A DNA stretch of 64,000 bases from Neoconidiobolus thromboides FSU 785 (Eukaryota > Fungi > Entomophthoromycota), in assembly GCA_025603075.1 (NCBI GenBank), contig MU626357.1, forward strand, positions 15,905 through 79,904, given 5' to 3'. A model generated the notes under the pieces. That model was not told where the DNA came from and searched no databases. It saw only the letters and a list, made by a program, of their open reading frames with translations. The position numbers were made by a program, and so were the translations under genes. Shown one piece after another: positions 38,983 to 50,669 of this stretch (its first letter is position 1; every line of letters begins with the position of its first letter).

Positions 38983-40292
38983 ATGATTAGTAATATTCAA
39001 AATAACATAATAGAAGAAGGTGCCTTATTAAACTATGAGCAAGATGAAGAAGAAGTAGAGCCAATGTCTTTCAGACATAGCCCTCTTCCTTATATTACCT
39101 ACTACCTAAAAAGTCTAATAAAACGAAGTACTTTATTGTTCATCATTCTCTTACTCTTTTCTTTATTAAGCGATCAACTTATACGTAAACTCAGTTTTCC
39201 TCCCAGAATGGACAATAATTCTTATGACAAGGACCTTGGCTTATTAAAAAATATTCCTGAACTTAATCAAACAAATCATTACAAAATGGATTTTCATTTA
39301 CACACTTCATATTCAGATGGTAGTATGACTCCAGAACAAGTAGTAGATTGGGCCTTTCTGAACGGTTATAACATTATTGTAATTACAGATCATAATGAAT
39401 TACATGGGGCTTTGATAGCTGAAAAATATGCTTTAAAAAAATACAAAAATAGTTTAATTGTTATTCCTGGCGTTGAGTATACGTAAGTTATTCATTAATA
39501 TTAACTTAATTATAGTATATTTATTTCTATATTAATAGTAACTGTCGAGTGCACATGAATTTAATCAATATACGAAAACTATCTAATTTATATGGGGCTT
39601 ATCCAAGTGACGAAGAGATACAAACTATTATTAAACAAACACACAAAAATGGCGGAATAGCAATTCTAAATCATATACCATGGAGTCATCACATACAATT
39701 TGGTAAAACCAATTCTAGATTATCTCAACATCCCAGTGTAACTCAAGCAATTAAATGGGGCATTGATGGTATAGAAATTATTAATGAAAATATATACGAT
39801 CAATACACTTTGAATTTTCTTAATAAAAATGATCAACAATTATTAAAAGTAACAGGTACCGATTTACATAACCCTGGTTCTGCTTATGCTTGGTCATTAT
39901 TACCTAAGACAGTTCCATTGACTACAAAAGGCGTTATGAATTATCTCAAAAATAAAACAAATACTATAGATCATATCTTTTATCCTATAGGCACCCCAAC
40001 CATTGTGCATCCCAAATTCAATCCAAAACATGCATATGTAATCCCATTAATGATTTTAGCTAATGTATTCGGTTCTTTTTTTACACTGGATCAAGGTATG
40101 TATTCTTTTCATGGGAGTTTTTGTCATCAAGAAACATTAACAGTCCATTACTTTTCTATATTTGTATTCTACTTATTTTTATATCTTTGTTTATTAATCA
40201 TTGATGGTTTCTCTTTATTATTTAAATGGGTGATGCCAAGGAATAATAACTTCAGGTATGCTCTGTTAAGACAATACTCTAGGTCCCCTTAA
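38983..40292 (+). CDS. Membrane-anchored PHP-family phosphoesterase-like protein, 2 exons
   Basis: DFHLHTSYSDG, ITDHN, IPGVEY, ILNHIPW, GTDLH; hydrophobic segments near both ends. Confidence 0.85.
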
Positions 40293-41078
40293 GTTGAAGT
40301 TTTTTTTAATAAACTTAAGTTTCATTTTCTTGAATATAAATTATTATTATTATTACAACCTAATTTAAAATTAAAATTATTCACAGCTAGGGGAGCTGGC
40401 AATTTCAACTGCATATAATGACTTAATTATAGCCAGAAAGTGGCAGTGCTTTAATTATTGAAATGAAATAAAATCGTAAGGATATCCTTTATATTAAATT
40501 GTTCAAAAAGAAAGCTACTTTATAAGTTAAAATTTAATAATAAATTACTTGGCTGAATAATGTAAATCAACTCTTGGATTTAAAATTCGGTCATTATTAA
40601 TTTTAAATTTTAAATGAAAATAATATATATATTTTATTAAGCATTTCAAATTATATAATACTTTTAGATGTTTTAGGACCCTCTGATTTCTATTATTCTT
40701 CTATTCTATCTACTACAATAAAATGAACAATAAGCAATTGACCAGTTATGAAATCACATTGAATTAAAGATAGGAAGTTTTGTGTCAAAATGATATTAAG
40801 GTGATTCAATGAGTTGATTTTTATCTATTTTATAAAAGGCATTAAAATTTACTAAAAAATTAACTGAAAAATTAGGCGAATTTGTTTGATGAAGGCGAAA
40901 TTAAGTCATAATTAACAAAAATCATTAGCTAGCTATGTTTTAAACTGCATTAAATCAAATTTTCCTCGATGGAAAAATGGGGGGTATATAAGCTCAACAT
41001 AAGTATTAGTTTTATTTTTTATACATTCACTTAATTTAATATTTTAATTCCAACTATCACTATTAGGTTACTATAAAA

Positions 41079-41963
41079 ATGATGAAGTTACCTTTCACCC
41101 GAATCATCAACTTACTATGCTTCATTCTGATCATTATTGTTAATGCTTTAGGTTTCTTTTTACCTTTAGGTAATCGTTACTTTTATGATCAAATCGACTC
41201 AGCTTTAGCCCCTCATTACTGGTCCATCGTTATTTGGGCTTTAATTTATTTTACCATGTTTCTTTTTATCGTATATCAATTGACTCCATTTACCTATATT
41301 TATGACTATATTAACTATGGGATCTCTCCATTATTTTGGGTTCAAACTTTAGCTAATGTAGGTTGGGTATTTTCTTATGCTTATGCCCCACCAGAACTAG
41401 CTTGGATTCAATTGATCTTTATTTATTTATTATTCTTATCTCTTGCCCTTATGTATAGTTCAGTTACTAAGTATATCAAGAGAGATTTAGCAACCAGAGA
41501 AAACTCGGACCATCATTACTTTTTCAATTTCTTTTTTGGTAGATTCTGGCTTTCGGTCTATTTCGGTTGGGTTTCAGTATCAGTAATTTATTACTCTTTT
41601 GCTATTCTTGCAGATCTTAGTGAATATTCATACCGTAATGCTTCTATTGTTTTTGGCGCTCTAGGTTTGATGGCTCTTATCTTATTAGCTCTTAACCGTG
41701 ATGTAGTATATGGTTTAACTGTCGTATGGGCAGCTATTTGGATTGCTTTGAATTATAGTTATACTAACCAAGATAACGGAAGCCCACAATGGCCCGTATT
41801 CCTTAGTGCTTTAATTGTTGGTGCTATTATACTATTAGCCTGTATCATTACATTTATTATCAATTTGTTCTTTTCTTTGGGACGCTCTGTACATAGAAGA
41901 AAACATTATGCTGATTCAGCTACTACAGGTTTACGTGAACCAGTTCCAGTCCATGTAGCATAA
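41079..41963 (+). CDS. Multi-pass TspO/tryptophan-rich-sensor-like membrane protein
   Basis: About 8 TM segments; pattern LAPHYWSIVIWALIY...LANVGW...LSVYFGWVSV...DVVYGLTVVWA resembles TspO-related families. Family recalled from memory. Confidence 0.65.
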   Translation: MMKLPFTRIINLLCFILIIIVNALGFFLPLGNRYFYDQIDSALAPHYWSIVIWALIYFTMFLFIVYQLTPFTYIYDYINYGISPLFWVQTLANVGWVFSYAYAPPELAWIQLIFIYLLFLSLALMYSSVTKYIKRDLATRENSDHHYFFNFFFGRFWLSVYFGWVSVSVIYYSFAILADLSEYSYRNASIVFGALGLMALILLALNRDVVYGLTVVWAAIWIALNYSYTNQDNGSPQWPVFLSALIVGAIILLACIITFIINLFFSLGRSVHRRKHYADSATTGLREPVPVHVA

Positions 41964-42128
41964 AGTCAAGAAGACAAATTAACCATTACTTGTATAATAA
42001 TATAGCTCATTAAAAATTTAATAAATATATTTTAAATATAATTTTGTTTAATAATAGCAATAGTTTAATATATATACTAATAATGACACGAATTAAAAAG
42101 CAGCTTTATTAAAATTAATGAGTTTTAT

Positions 42129-44009
42129 TTACTCAAGAATAACTGAAGGAATAAATAATTTGGCAGAGAAAGTAAAAACAGAACCTCTTCCTTTACAAGA
42201 GCGTATGGCCATATTACCATGGAATAACTTGATATAATAACTTAACATCCAGAAGCCTAAGCCTAATTCAATGTTGTTTGATAAGTCGGTAACTAATTTA
42301 TCATCATTATCGCTTAATGTTCTAGTATCACAATCGATTTGATTAATAGCACGTATAATCTTAGATACTTGATCATTACGCATACCAATACCAAAGTCAA
42401 CCACATGGAAATAAAATACTTTTCTAGAATAAGTTTTCGGCAATGTAGGATCAGTTTCAATAGGATAAACCAAGTTCTCCACATTAGAGATAAAAGAAGG
42501 ATTGTATTGACTATCAAAAGTACAACATCTTGGATCTTTTAAGAAAGGAATGAATGCTGCTGGTGGATCTTCATTTAGGGAGATAAAAATCGAGACATCT
42601 TGATCTCTAGTACTGTATTTGATAGAGTTATTGAGTAATATAGACATGGCCTGTTTTAACCTTAGTTGGTCACCTATGATAAATTGTGGAGTATCAGGTA
42701 ATACATTGAGATGAAGTTGAATGTTTTTTGTTTTTGCATAATTAGATTGCTGTTCAAATACACCAGTTACTAGTTGATTTATGTTTAGTGTCTGGTTAAT
42801 AAGGGTTAATTGATTAGATTCAATCTTAACAGATTCATCTAAGTTTAATAAGATACCATCTAATTGATTAAAGTAATTATTTATATAATTGAATTGTATT
42901 GTTTGTTCTTCATTTAAGTTATTATGTTGGGCTATAGCTTGTAAACACTGCTTAATATACTTAAGTGGATCATTTAGTTCTTTATTTAAATGCGTAATCA
43001 ATTTCGACTTAAATTGATTATTAATATCGGCATCCTGTTTTAATTGATACAAGTTATGATTATTACGCATTTGATTTTGAATCTTCTTTAAATGATATGA
43101 TTCCAATTGAATTTGTCTTGCTTGTTGTAAAGCAATTTCTAATTGTACTAACACATCCTCAAACATCTCAAGATCTTCTTCATTCAAAATGATACTCTCT
43201 TGCTCATAAAACCCCAAGATAAAACCTTTACCACCATTTTCACTCATTTCAAAGGACATGGCTAAGCCACTCTTAAATAAAGCACCTCTTTGTTTATTGA
43301 CTAATTCTACCATATCATTACAATTCAAATGTAAAGTACAAGTAGTACAAATAATCTTTTTGACAATATCATTGTTTGGGTCCATGTTAATAGTTTTCCA
43401 ATAATGAGCTTTGATACCGGAATTTTCTTTGACCTGATTATGAGTCTGGATATACTCAGAATAACAAATGAGATCACCATTGACCTCATCAGGTAAAAAA
43501 ATTGCTAAGCCACTGAAATTCAAATTGACACTTAACTCATGGACTACTACGTCACAAATCACCTCCACGTCCAATTTTTTACGGATTTGATTGGTGATTT
43601 TACGGAACTTTCTTAACACGTCATTAGCAACTTGTAAACTTTGTTCATGTTTTATACGGAAGCCTAATTCTTCTTGAAGCAATGCAGTTTTTACAGGTAA
43701 TGAAAATACTTTTGGGATAACAAAGATAAGAACACAGGCGGTAGCAAAAGACACAATAGCACACAAAACTTTAGAAGCTAATAAAACTGGGTCCGTTCGG
43801 GTCCATGGTACCCATATAGCTACTAAATGAGTAATACCACAAGCAGTAATAAAAACTTCAAAAAATACTAAAACATATTTAAAAGGCAAAGGACGTGTCA
43901 ATGAACGTTGAAAAAACCATATTTCAATTGGAATAGCAAAATAAGATAAACAAATGATAATGTCGGATACTACAGTACCTATAACTATTGGGTCAGAAAG
44001 ATCCAACAT
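42129..44009 (-). CDS. Ethylene-receptor-like sensor: ethylene-binding TM domain, GAF and degenerate histidine-kinase domain, no receiver; intronless
   Basis: SDIIICLSYFAIP (ETR1 SDFFIAIAYFSIP) and FITACGITHL (ETR1 FIVLCGATHL); GAF start ITNQIRKKLD; N-box GDQLRLKQ...NNSIKYS; G1 DFGIG; H-box reads NKELNDPL. Confidence 0.92.
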   Translation of the reverse strand: MLDLSDPIVIGTVVSDIIICLSYFAIPIEIWFFQRSLTRPLPFKYVLVFFEVFITACGITHLVAIWVPWTRTDPVLLASKVLCAIVSFATACVLIFVIPKVFSLPVKTALLQEELGFRIKHEQSLQVANDVLRKFRKITNQIRKKLDVEVICDVVVHELSVNLNFSGLAIFLPDEVNGDLICYSEYIQTHNQVKENSGIKAHYWKTINMDPNNDIVKKIICTTCTLHLNCNDMVELVNKQRGALFKSGLAMSFEMSENGGKGFILGFYEQESIILNEEDLEMFEDVLVQLEIALQQARQIQLESYHLKKIQNQMRNNHNLYQLKQDADINNQFKSKLITHLNKELNDPLKYIKQCLQAIAQHNNLNEEQTIQFNYINNYFNQLDGILLNLDESVKIESNQLTLINQTLNINQLVTGVFEQQSNYAKTKNIQLHLNVLPDTPQFIIGDQLRLKQAMSILLNNSIKYSTRDQDVSIFISLNEDPPAAFIPFLKDPRCCTFDSQYNPSFISNVENLVYPIETDPTLPKTYSRKVFYFHVVDFGIGMRNDQVSKIIRAINQIDCDTRTLSDNDDKLVTDLSNNIELGLGFWMLSYYIKLFHGNMAIRSCKGRGSVFTFSAKLFIPSVILE

Positions 44010-45825
44010 ATTGATATATATATATTTTTTTTATAAATTAAGTTTGTTGAAATCATTTGTTTATTATTTAAAGCTTTTTATATGTCTAACTTTAGGTTTA
44101 TTTTGAGTATTTTTTATTTGTATACACCCCTTACTTTTACTCCATGTTTAATAAGGGAACCATGTTTTTAGAATGCAGGAAAAGAGGATATTATTTGTCT
44201 GGATGGCATCAAAATCGAAATTAAAATTAAAACTTGTATAAAATTTAAAAAGAACTTGTTAATTACATCTATTACAAAATTTATATTATTAAATTATAAT
44301 ATAAACAGTATAGAAATAAGTATAATATAATTTTATTTATATTATTTTACTTTGAATCTTCACGTAAAAAGCCCAATTTAATAAAGTAGTATTGGTCTTC
44401 CATTACTCCTTAAACAAAGATTAAAAGAAGTTAACTTTTTTATACATTTTATTTTCAAACATAGTAATTTTACATACTAAAAATCACAGTTACTAATAGA
44501 TTATTAAAATTTGTAACAACAATACTGATCGAACAGTCTAAGTCTAGTATCTATAAATTATATTAATCTTTAGTTAATCGGAGTTGTAATACATTGAGCT
44601 TATTAACTTGAATTCTATATTTTTTTAAAACATTTTATATAAAATGTAAGTTTAGTTAAAAAGATAAGTAAGATAGATTAATAACAAATTTAATAAACAA
44701 GTTATGTTGTGTTGATTGAGATACTATTGTTTTTAATAAATAGAAGGGAAATTAAAGAAGATCTAGATATTTATAAGATTTAATTAGCATTTATTCAAAA
44801 TTGAAGAATTAAAAAATTAATACTAGCATAATAAAGCATAAAAATATAATAAAAATCATTTTTAGTCACCACTTATTTTAATTCAAATATTATTTTTATT
44901 AATGCATGTATCTAACTTTTAAAACAACAATAATATGGTGACTATAAAATTTATGCTAATTAATATAAATACTTTATTAACATATTAATTATGTTTTATA
45001 AGAGATTAATCCCTTGATCCTTAAACTCATTATTATTATTGTATAAAATCAAATAAATTATAACAAATTAAGCTAAGGAAGTACATTCCTTATAAAAAGG
45101 AGAGAATAAGGTAACTTGATAATTACTGTAGTCAATTAAGCTAGTAATATTTCATAAGAAGGGATAAGCAAGATAGGAAATACATCAAGTTTATCAATAG
45201 AGTTAGATGTTTGATATTAATAGATTGTGATTGTGCATATATAGTTAGTATTATAAAACTCAGTTCAAAAATAATTATTTTTTCAATAAAAGAAACTAAC
45301 GAGGTTATCTTTAAAGATTAAGAGTAAAAAGGAAATAAACACTAAGCTTGGTTTGTTTTTAAAGGGTGGGTAGTAATTTAATACGATTAAAAGCTTAGAA
45401 TAGTTTATTTGCGATCCTTTTTTATTTTAAAAAAATGTAAAAATACTAAATTGAATAAAATCAGGAGCAGTCAAAAAAGTCATAGTAATAATAATAAAGT
45501 ATCATGAAGAATAAAAATAATTTAAAGCTGTTTATTATTTAAAAATAGATAATTAATAATACAAATGTACTTCATAATAATAAAATGTAATCAAAAGTAT
45601 ATTAATCTTTTTAGAAATAATATAAAACGTTGCATTTACTCACAAATTCCTTACAGTTGCAATTTTGTCTTAGTGTTCTCATGAAAGCCACCTGTTTAAC
45701 TACTAATCAATTTTTAAATTGAAGTCACTTTCTTCTTACCCATCTTACTTTAACTCATTTCATTTCATTCTAGAATCGGCTGTAGTTAAGATGGCTTTGC
45801 TTTTTTTAAATTTTCTGTCAACGTT

Positions 45826-45923
45826 GGGAGATGTATTTTTGTATTTAAGAATTTTACTGACAATTTTTCTACATAAATAGCGCTTAAAAAATGGAAAAAT
45901 AATGAAACTAAAAAAACAGTCCC
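45826..45923 (+). mobile_element. MITE copy 8
   Basis: Consensus match; flanks CGTT/ATTT are imperfect. Confidence 0.88.
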
Positions 45924-46868
45924 ATTTTTATATTAGTTCATGAATATATATATTACCTTATCAAAAATTTGCTATAAAAGAAAATTAACAGAAAGTTAGA
46001 AAATAAAAACATCTAACTACAACCAACTCTCTATAATGCTTTCTTAACAACAAGCATTTGAGTTTTGGCTTTTTTATAATATTTAAAAAAAACAAGTCAC
46101 TTTTATTAAAAATATTAAGATTGAAGAAATTCAAAATTGTTTTTTATAAATGGTCTAAAATATTGTTCAAATTTATTGTTAAAAATGAAAATGAGTAAAT
46201 TGATTAAATTTGTTAGATGGACTTCATTAACCTGAGGATTAAATTTTCCTGATTATAGTTTTTTACCGAAAAGAAACAGATTAACCTAGCATTAAGGGGC
46301 TTGAACATAACTAAGGCTAACAAGGCCTTGTTTTTGAAGAAGGGTTTCTGAGTCTGCTAAAGGGCCATGTAGTTGTTAGGCATCAACATATAGTCTTCTT
46401 AGTATTTATTATATATTCCATTAACTATTTGGTTTGTAAAACCTTTAGTAAATAGGGATGTCTTTTATTGCCTTTTCTTATTGTTCTTAAAATTAGAAAA
46501 ATTAACTAATGCATTCGTTTAAGTTTACATGTGCACGATCAGGTAGTAAATTTTATAGCTAATAATTTACTCTTTATAGTATTTTTGAGGGCTATTAATT
46601 TAATTTTTGTTCGAAATAAACAGTTAGCTATCACACATCCAAGCTTGAACAGTATACTAATTAATTAATTTCTAATTTTAAAAAATAGTAAAAAGGACAA
46701 TTGGCAAAAAATATCCCCAAATATTATTTATCATGTTAATAATTAAGAAATCATTTCTGTTTCTAGACATAATTAAAAGTTCTTAGTAAATACTTTAGAC
46801 ACATAACTTTTAATTTTTATTGTAAGAAAGATAAGTTAGGATAAATGTAGAAAAAATAGAAGATATTT

Positions 46869-46960
46869 GGGGACACCTTCTTTGGTTTCATTTATTTTTT
46901 CATTTCTTAAGCGCTATTAAGTGGAAATAATATCAATAGAATGCTTAAACAAAAGAGGGA
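46869..46960 (-). mobile_element. MITE copy 9 (degenerate)
   Basis: Retains TTGGTTTCATT...TTAAGCGCTATTAAGTGGAAA...CTTAAAC; the right end has decayed. Confidence 0.7.
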
Positions 46961-47188
46961 TACTTATGTGTATTCCTATAAAAATTCGGTGAGTTTCTTT
47001 ATTTCAAATTAAATTGAAAGTAAAACGATAATGAAATAAAAAACACCCTATAATTGTTTTTATTTAACTTTCTATTTATTTTATACATATTGTAATATGC
47101 AATCTAAATCTAAAGTCTAAAAATATTTCTAAACAATTTTTTGATATTAAATTTATCTGGATATTCTAACAGGTGTTTGATTTGTTAT

Positions 47189-47287
47189 GGGGATGTTTTT
47201 TTGGCTTCATTACTTTTTTCATCCTTTAAGTGCTATTTGAGTGGAAAAATTACTAGTAAAACTCTTAAACACAAAAATATATCCCCC
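47189..47287 (-). mobile_element. MITE copy 10
   Basis: GGGGATGTTTTTTTGG...CAAAAATATATCCCCC; TTAT on both flanks. Confidence 0.9.
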
Positions 47288-47326
47288 TTATGTTAGATGG
47301 CCAGTATATTTAATTTATTTGATAGT

Positions 47327-47357
47327 TTTATTTATTTATTTATTTATTTATTTATTT
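47327..47357 (+). repeat. (TTTA)n microsatellite
   Basis: About 7-8 units directly visible. Confidence 0.85.
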
Positions 47358-49166
47358 GCTTTATCTTATTAATGAAATATTTATCTTTAAGCAATTTATA
47401 ACGTTAAATGATAAGCAATTAGTAAAGTTGATTGCTTTATTAAATTTAATTATTTAAAATATTAATAAATATATTTGACTTGTCAATTATTTAAATGGAG
47501 AAAAAATAAAAAAAAGTTTGATATTGTAATCTAATAAATTATTATATCGTCATAATGAACATTACCATAGGGACATATATCTTTTAATAAAATCATATTA
47601 ATATTTAAATATTTTTAGAACTAGTAACATTGCTAGAATTTAGTTTCTTAATAAGTAATTGGAACTATATCAACTAATTTTTATAATAATAAAAGTGGTT
47701 AAAAGTAAATAATTTTATAACATTAAGCATGCTAATTAAAGGCTTGATATTTATTTTGTATTAGTATTATTATAAAAATAGTGGTAATAAATTGAAAGCT
47801 ATGTTAAATAAAGCTTTCAAAGATAAAATCTTAAAATACAATATCAAATTTCATACACAAAATACTGTAACCATTATTTAGCATACCATTTTATTACTAT
47901 TTTAAACTATTGAGAGTAATCTTTATCTCCGTATCTTCGAGTTCTAGAATAACAGATTCGCTAACTAACTTTTATATTGGGATATAAGGTCCACAAAAAC
48001 AATTCTGTGATTTATTATAGTCAGAATTTATATCATTATGGTTGGGTATAATTCAATTAAGGTGGTTGCTAAGGTTATTATTATTTACACAAAATATTTA
48101 AAACCTTTTATAAATTATTTCCCGAGAGATCAGTTGTAATTCAAATACGAAAATCTAACCTTATAAAATGATTCTTTATTTATAAATTGCTAATAAAGTA
48201 TAATGAAAATAGTTCTATGTTTATAGTTAACTAATTTTCAAATGCTATAAAACATTGACTTGATTATCAACCACCAGTAGTAGTGGGTGTAGGTGAGTTG
48301 TATAGTCTAGATTTTAAGAAATTTCTTCTCCCCTGATTATCCGTTTGAGGTTTATTTTCTACTTGGTTCACTTTGCAACATTTGTAAACTATCATTGGAT
48401 CCTTTAAGTTTAAGCTCATCAATAAAGATTGGGTATTATTAATTAAGCTAACAGAGTTAATGATTTGTTTAAGAGTTATTAATGTTACCAAACTTTATAT
48501 TTGTTTATACACTCGATTTATCATATTTATTATTTGATATCTCTTAATCATATAGTAAATAGTTTCTCTAATAAAATGAACTTATTGCACTCATTAAGTG
48601 GTTATATTAAAAAGGTTCAGTATTGTTAAAATGTATTAGCTTACTAATTAAATCACACTTATCTTCAATAAATGGTTCATTTTATTTACTTCCTAAAAGT
48701 AATTTTAAATAATATGATTAATATATTCATATTCTAAACATGAATAAGATAGGGTTCGTTTATTTTCATTTCCTGTTTTGTTTGATACGCTTATTTAAGA
48801 ATTTTTTTTTTCAAAATGCCATGTGCGCATTCAGTTATAAAATCATTCGTCATTAGCGTTTTTCTGAGTTTTTCTGAATTGTAAATGTTCTTGGATTTTT
48901 TAAAGCTTTGATTTCCCACCTACATCTTATAACTCTTAAGACTTTAATTTCTAATTCTGGTCATGATTCTATTCATATCCTAATATTATAATCACCGTAT
49001 TTCTTAAAAAAGGCTATTGATATTCTAAGCCAATTAATAAAATTTAATATGGAAATGCAGTTAAAAGCAGATAAGCCAAAAGTATAAATACCCAAGTTGA
49101 GTAGATTATTTTAGTCATTGATTATCATCAATTTTATATTAGTTTAAACAAGCGTTATAGTTTAAA

Positions 49167-50669
49167 ATGGAACCATTTGAGTTTACTTGGATTTTTGTAG
49201 TTGGAACTATCATTGCTTTAATTGATGCTTATGGTATCGGTGCTAATGACGTTGCTAACTCATTCGCTACCTCTGTCTCCTCTGGATCTCTTACCCTTCC
49301 ACAAGCTTGTATGATTGCCATCTTTACTGAATTTTTAGGTGCTTTTCTTCTCGGTTCCACCACTGCTGAAACCATCAAAAGCAAAATTATTGATTTAAAT
49401 CTTTTCGCTGATAAGCCAGAGCTTCTCATGTTTGCTATGTTATGCGCACTTATTGGTTCTGCCTCTTGGGTATTATTTGCTACTAGAATGGGATGGCCAG
49501 TATCAACGACTCATTCAATTGTAGGTGCTATTATTGGTGTTGGTATCTCTGGTTTTGGTTCTAAAGCCGTTAACTGGGCCTGGAAAGGCGTTGGTCAAAT
49601 TATTGCATCCTGGTTCATTTCTCCTGCACTTGCTGGTTTAATTGCTGTTGTCGTATTTTTACCAATTAAATTCTTCATTCTTGGACGTGAAGACTCTTTC
49701 AAACGTGGTCTTATTGCCATCCCAATCATTTTCACTTTAACTGCTGTTGTTGATCTTTACTACATTGTAGAAAAAGGTATCAGAACAAAAAACACCCTTA
49801 CAGATGGTGCCACTGCTGGTGTCATCATTGGTTGTTCTGTATTTGTTGGTTTATTCTGTGTTTTCTTCTTCGTTCCATGGATCAAACGTTCGATCAAGAA
49901 CAAAGAAAACCTTAAAGTATATCATATGTTCGTTATACCATTCCTTAGTGAACGTCCAAAGAGACAAGAACCTGAAGAAAAGATTTCAGGAGAATTGGAT
50001 GTTGAGGGTAATGAAATCAAACCTAATCCAAGCTTTGGAAAGAAAGTTTTAAATACTATATTACATGGTGTACGTAAAGATGTTACTAATTTAAAGAATG
50101 AAAAGCTTCATGAAATTCATGACTCAGCTGTCCGCTATGATGATGATACTGAATTCATGTTCTCTTATTTACAAGTAATCACTGCGTCTATGGCTTCATT
50201 TGCTCATGGCTCAAATGATGTTGCTAATGCTGTAGGTCCTTTCGCCACTATCTATTATATTTGGTCCGAGGCCAAAGTAGATGTCAGTGGTAAAACTAAT
50301 GTCCCATATTGGATCCTTGCCGTCGGTGGTTTAGCTATAGATATTGGTCTTGTTACATACGGTTATAATATTATGAGATCCCTTGGAAACAAAATTACAT
50401 ACCATTCACCTTCTCGTGGATTCACTATGGAATTAGCTGCTTCTATTTCTGTACTTACCGCATCTGGACTTGGATGGCCAGTATCTACTACCCATTGTAT
50501 TACTGGGTCTACTGCTGCAGTAGGTCTTACTAACGGTAATGCTAAGGCTGTTAACTGGAGAATGTTGGCATGGTGTATGTTCTCATGGATTTTGACACTT
50601 CCAGTTGCAGGATCTCTTGCAGGTTTATTGTTTGCTTTCGGTACTCGTTCCCCATCTTTACTTTCTTAA
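49167..50669 (+). CDS. PHO89: PiT/PHO4-family sodium-phosphate symporter, intronless
   Basis: Both signature motifs GANDVANSFATSV and HGSNDVANAVGP, plus PVSTTH twice. Confidence 0.95.
   Translation: MEPFEFTWIFVVGTIIALIDAYGIGANDVANSFATSVSSGSLTLPQACMIAIFTEFLGAFLLGSTTAETIKSKIIDLNLFADKPELLMFAMLCALIGSASWVLFATRMGWPVSTTHSIVGAIIGVGISGFGSKAVNWAWKGVGQIIASWFISPALAGLIAVVVFLPIKFFILGREDSFKRGLIAIPIIFTLTAVVDLYYIVEKGIRTKNTLTDGATAGVIIGCSVFVGLFCVFFFVPWIKRSIKNKENLKVYHMFVIPFLSERPKRQEPEEKISGELDVEGNEIKPNPSFGKKVLNTILHGVRKDVTNLKNEKLHEIHDSAVRYDDDTEFMFSYLQVITASMASFAHGSNDVANAVGPFATIYYIWSEAKVDVSGKTNVPYWILAVGGLAIDIGLVTYGYNIMRSLGNKITYHSPSRGFTMELAASISVLTASGLGWPVSTTHCITGSTAAVGLTNGNAKAVNWRMLAWCMFSWILTLPVAGSLAGLLFAFGTRSPSLLS

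Noticed and set aside
48267-48491. 74-aa ORF in the long intergenic region
   Set aside because: No motif or similarity; compatible with chance. RNA-seq could rescue it.
48500-49166. Pho4-type CACGTG/CACGTT sites upstream of PHO89
   Set aside because: None seen in the proximal promoter.
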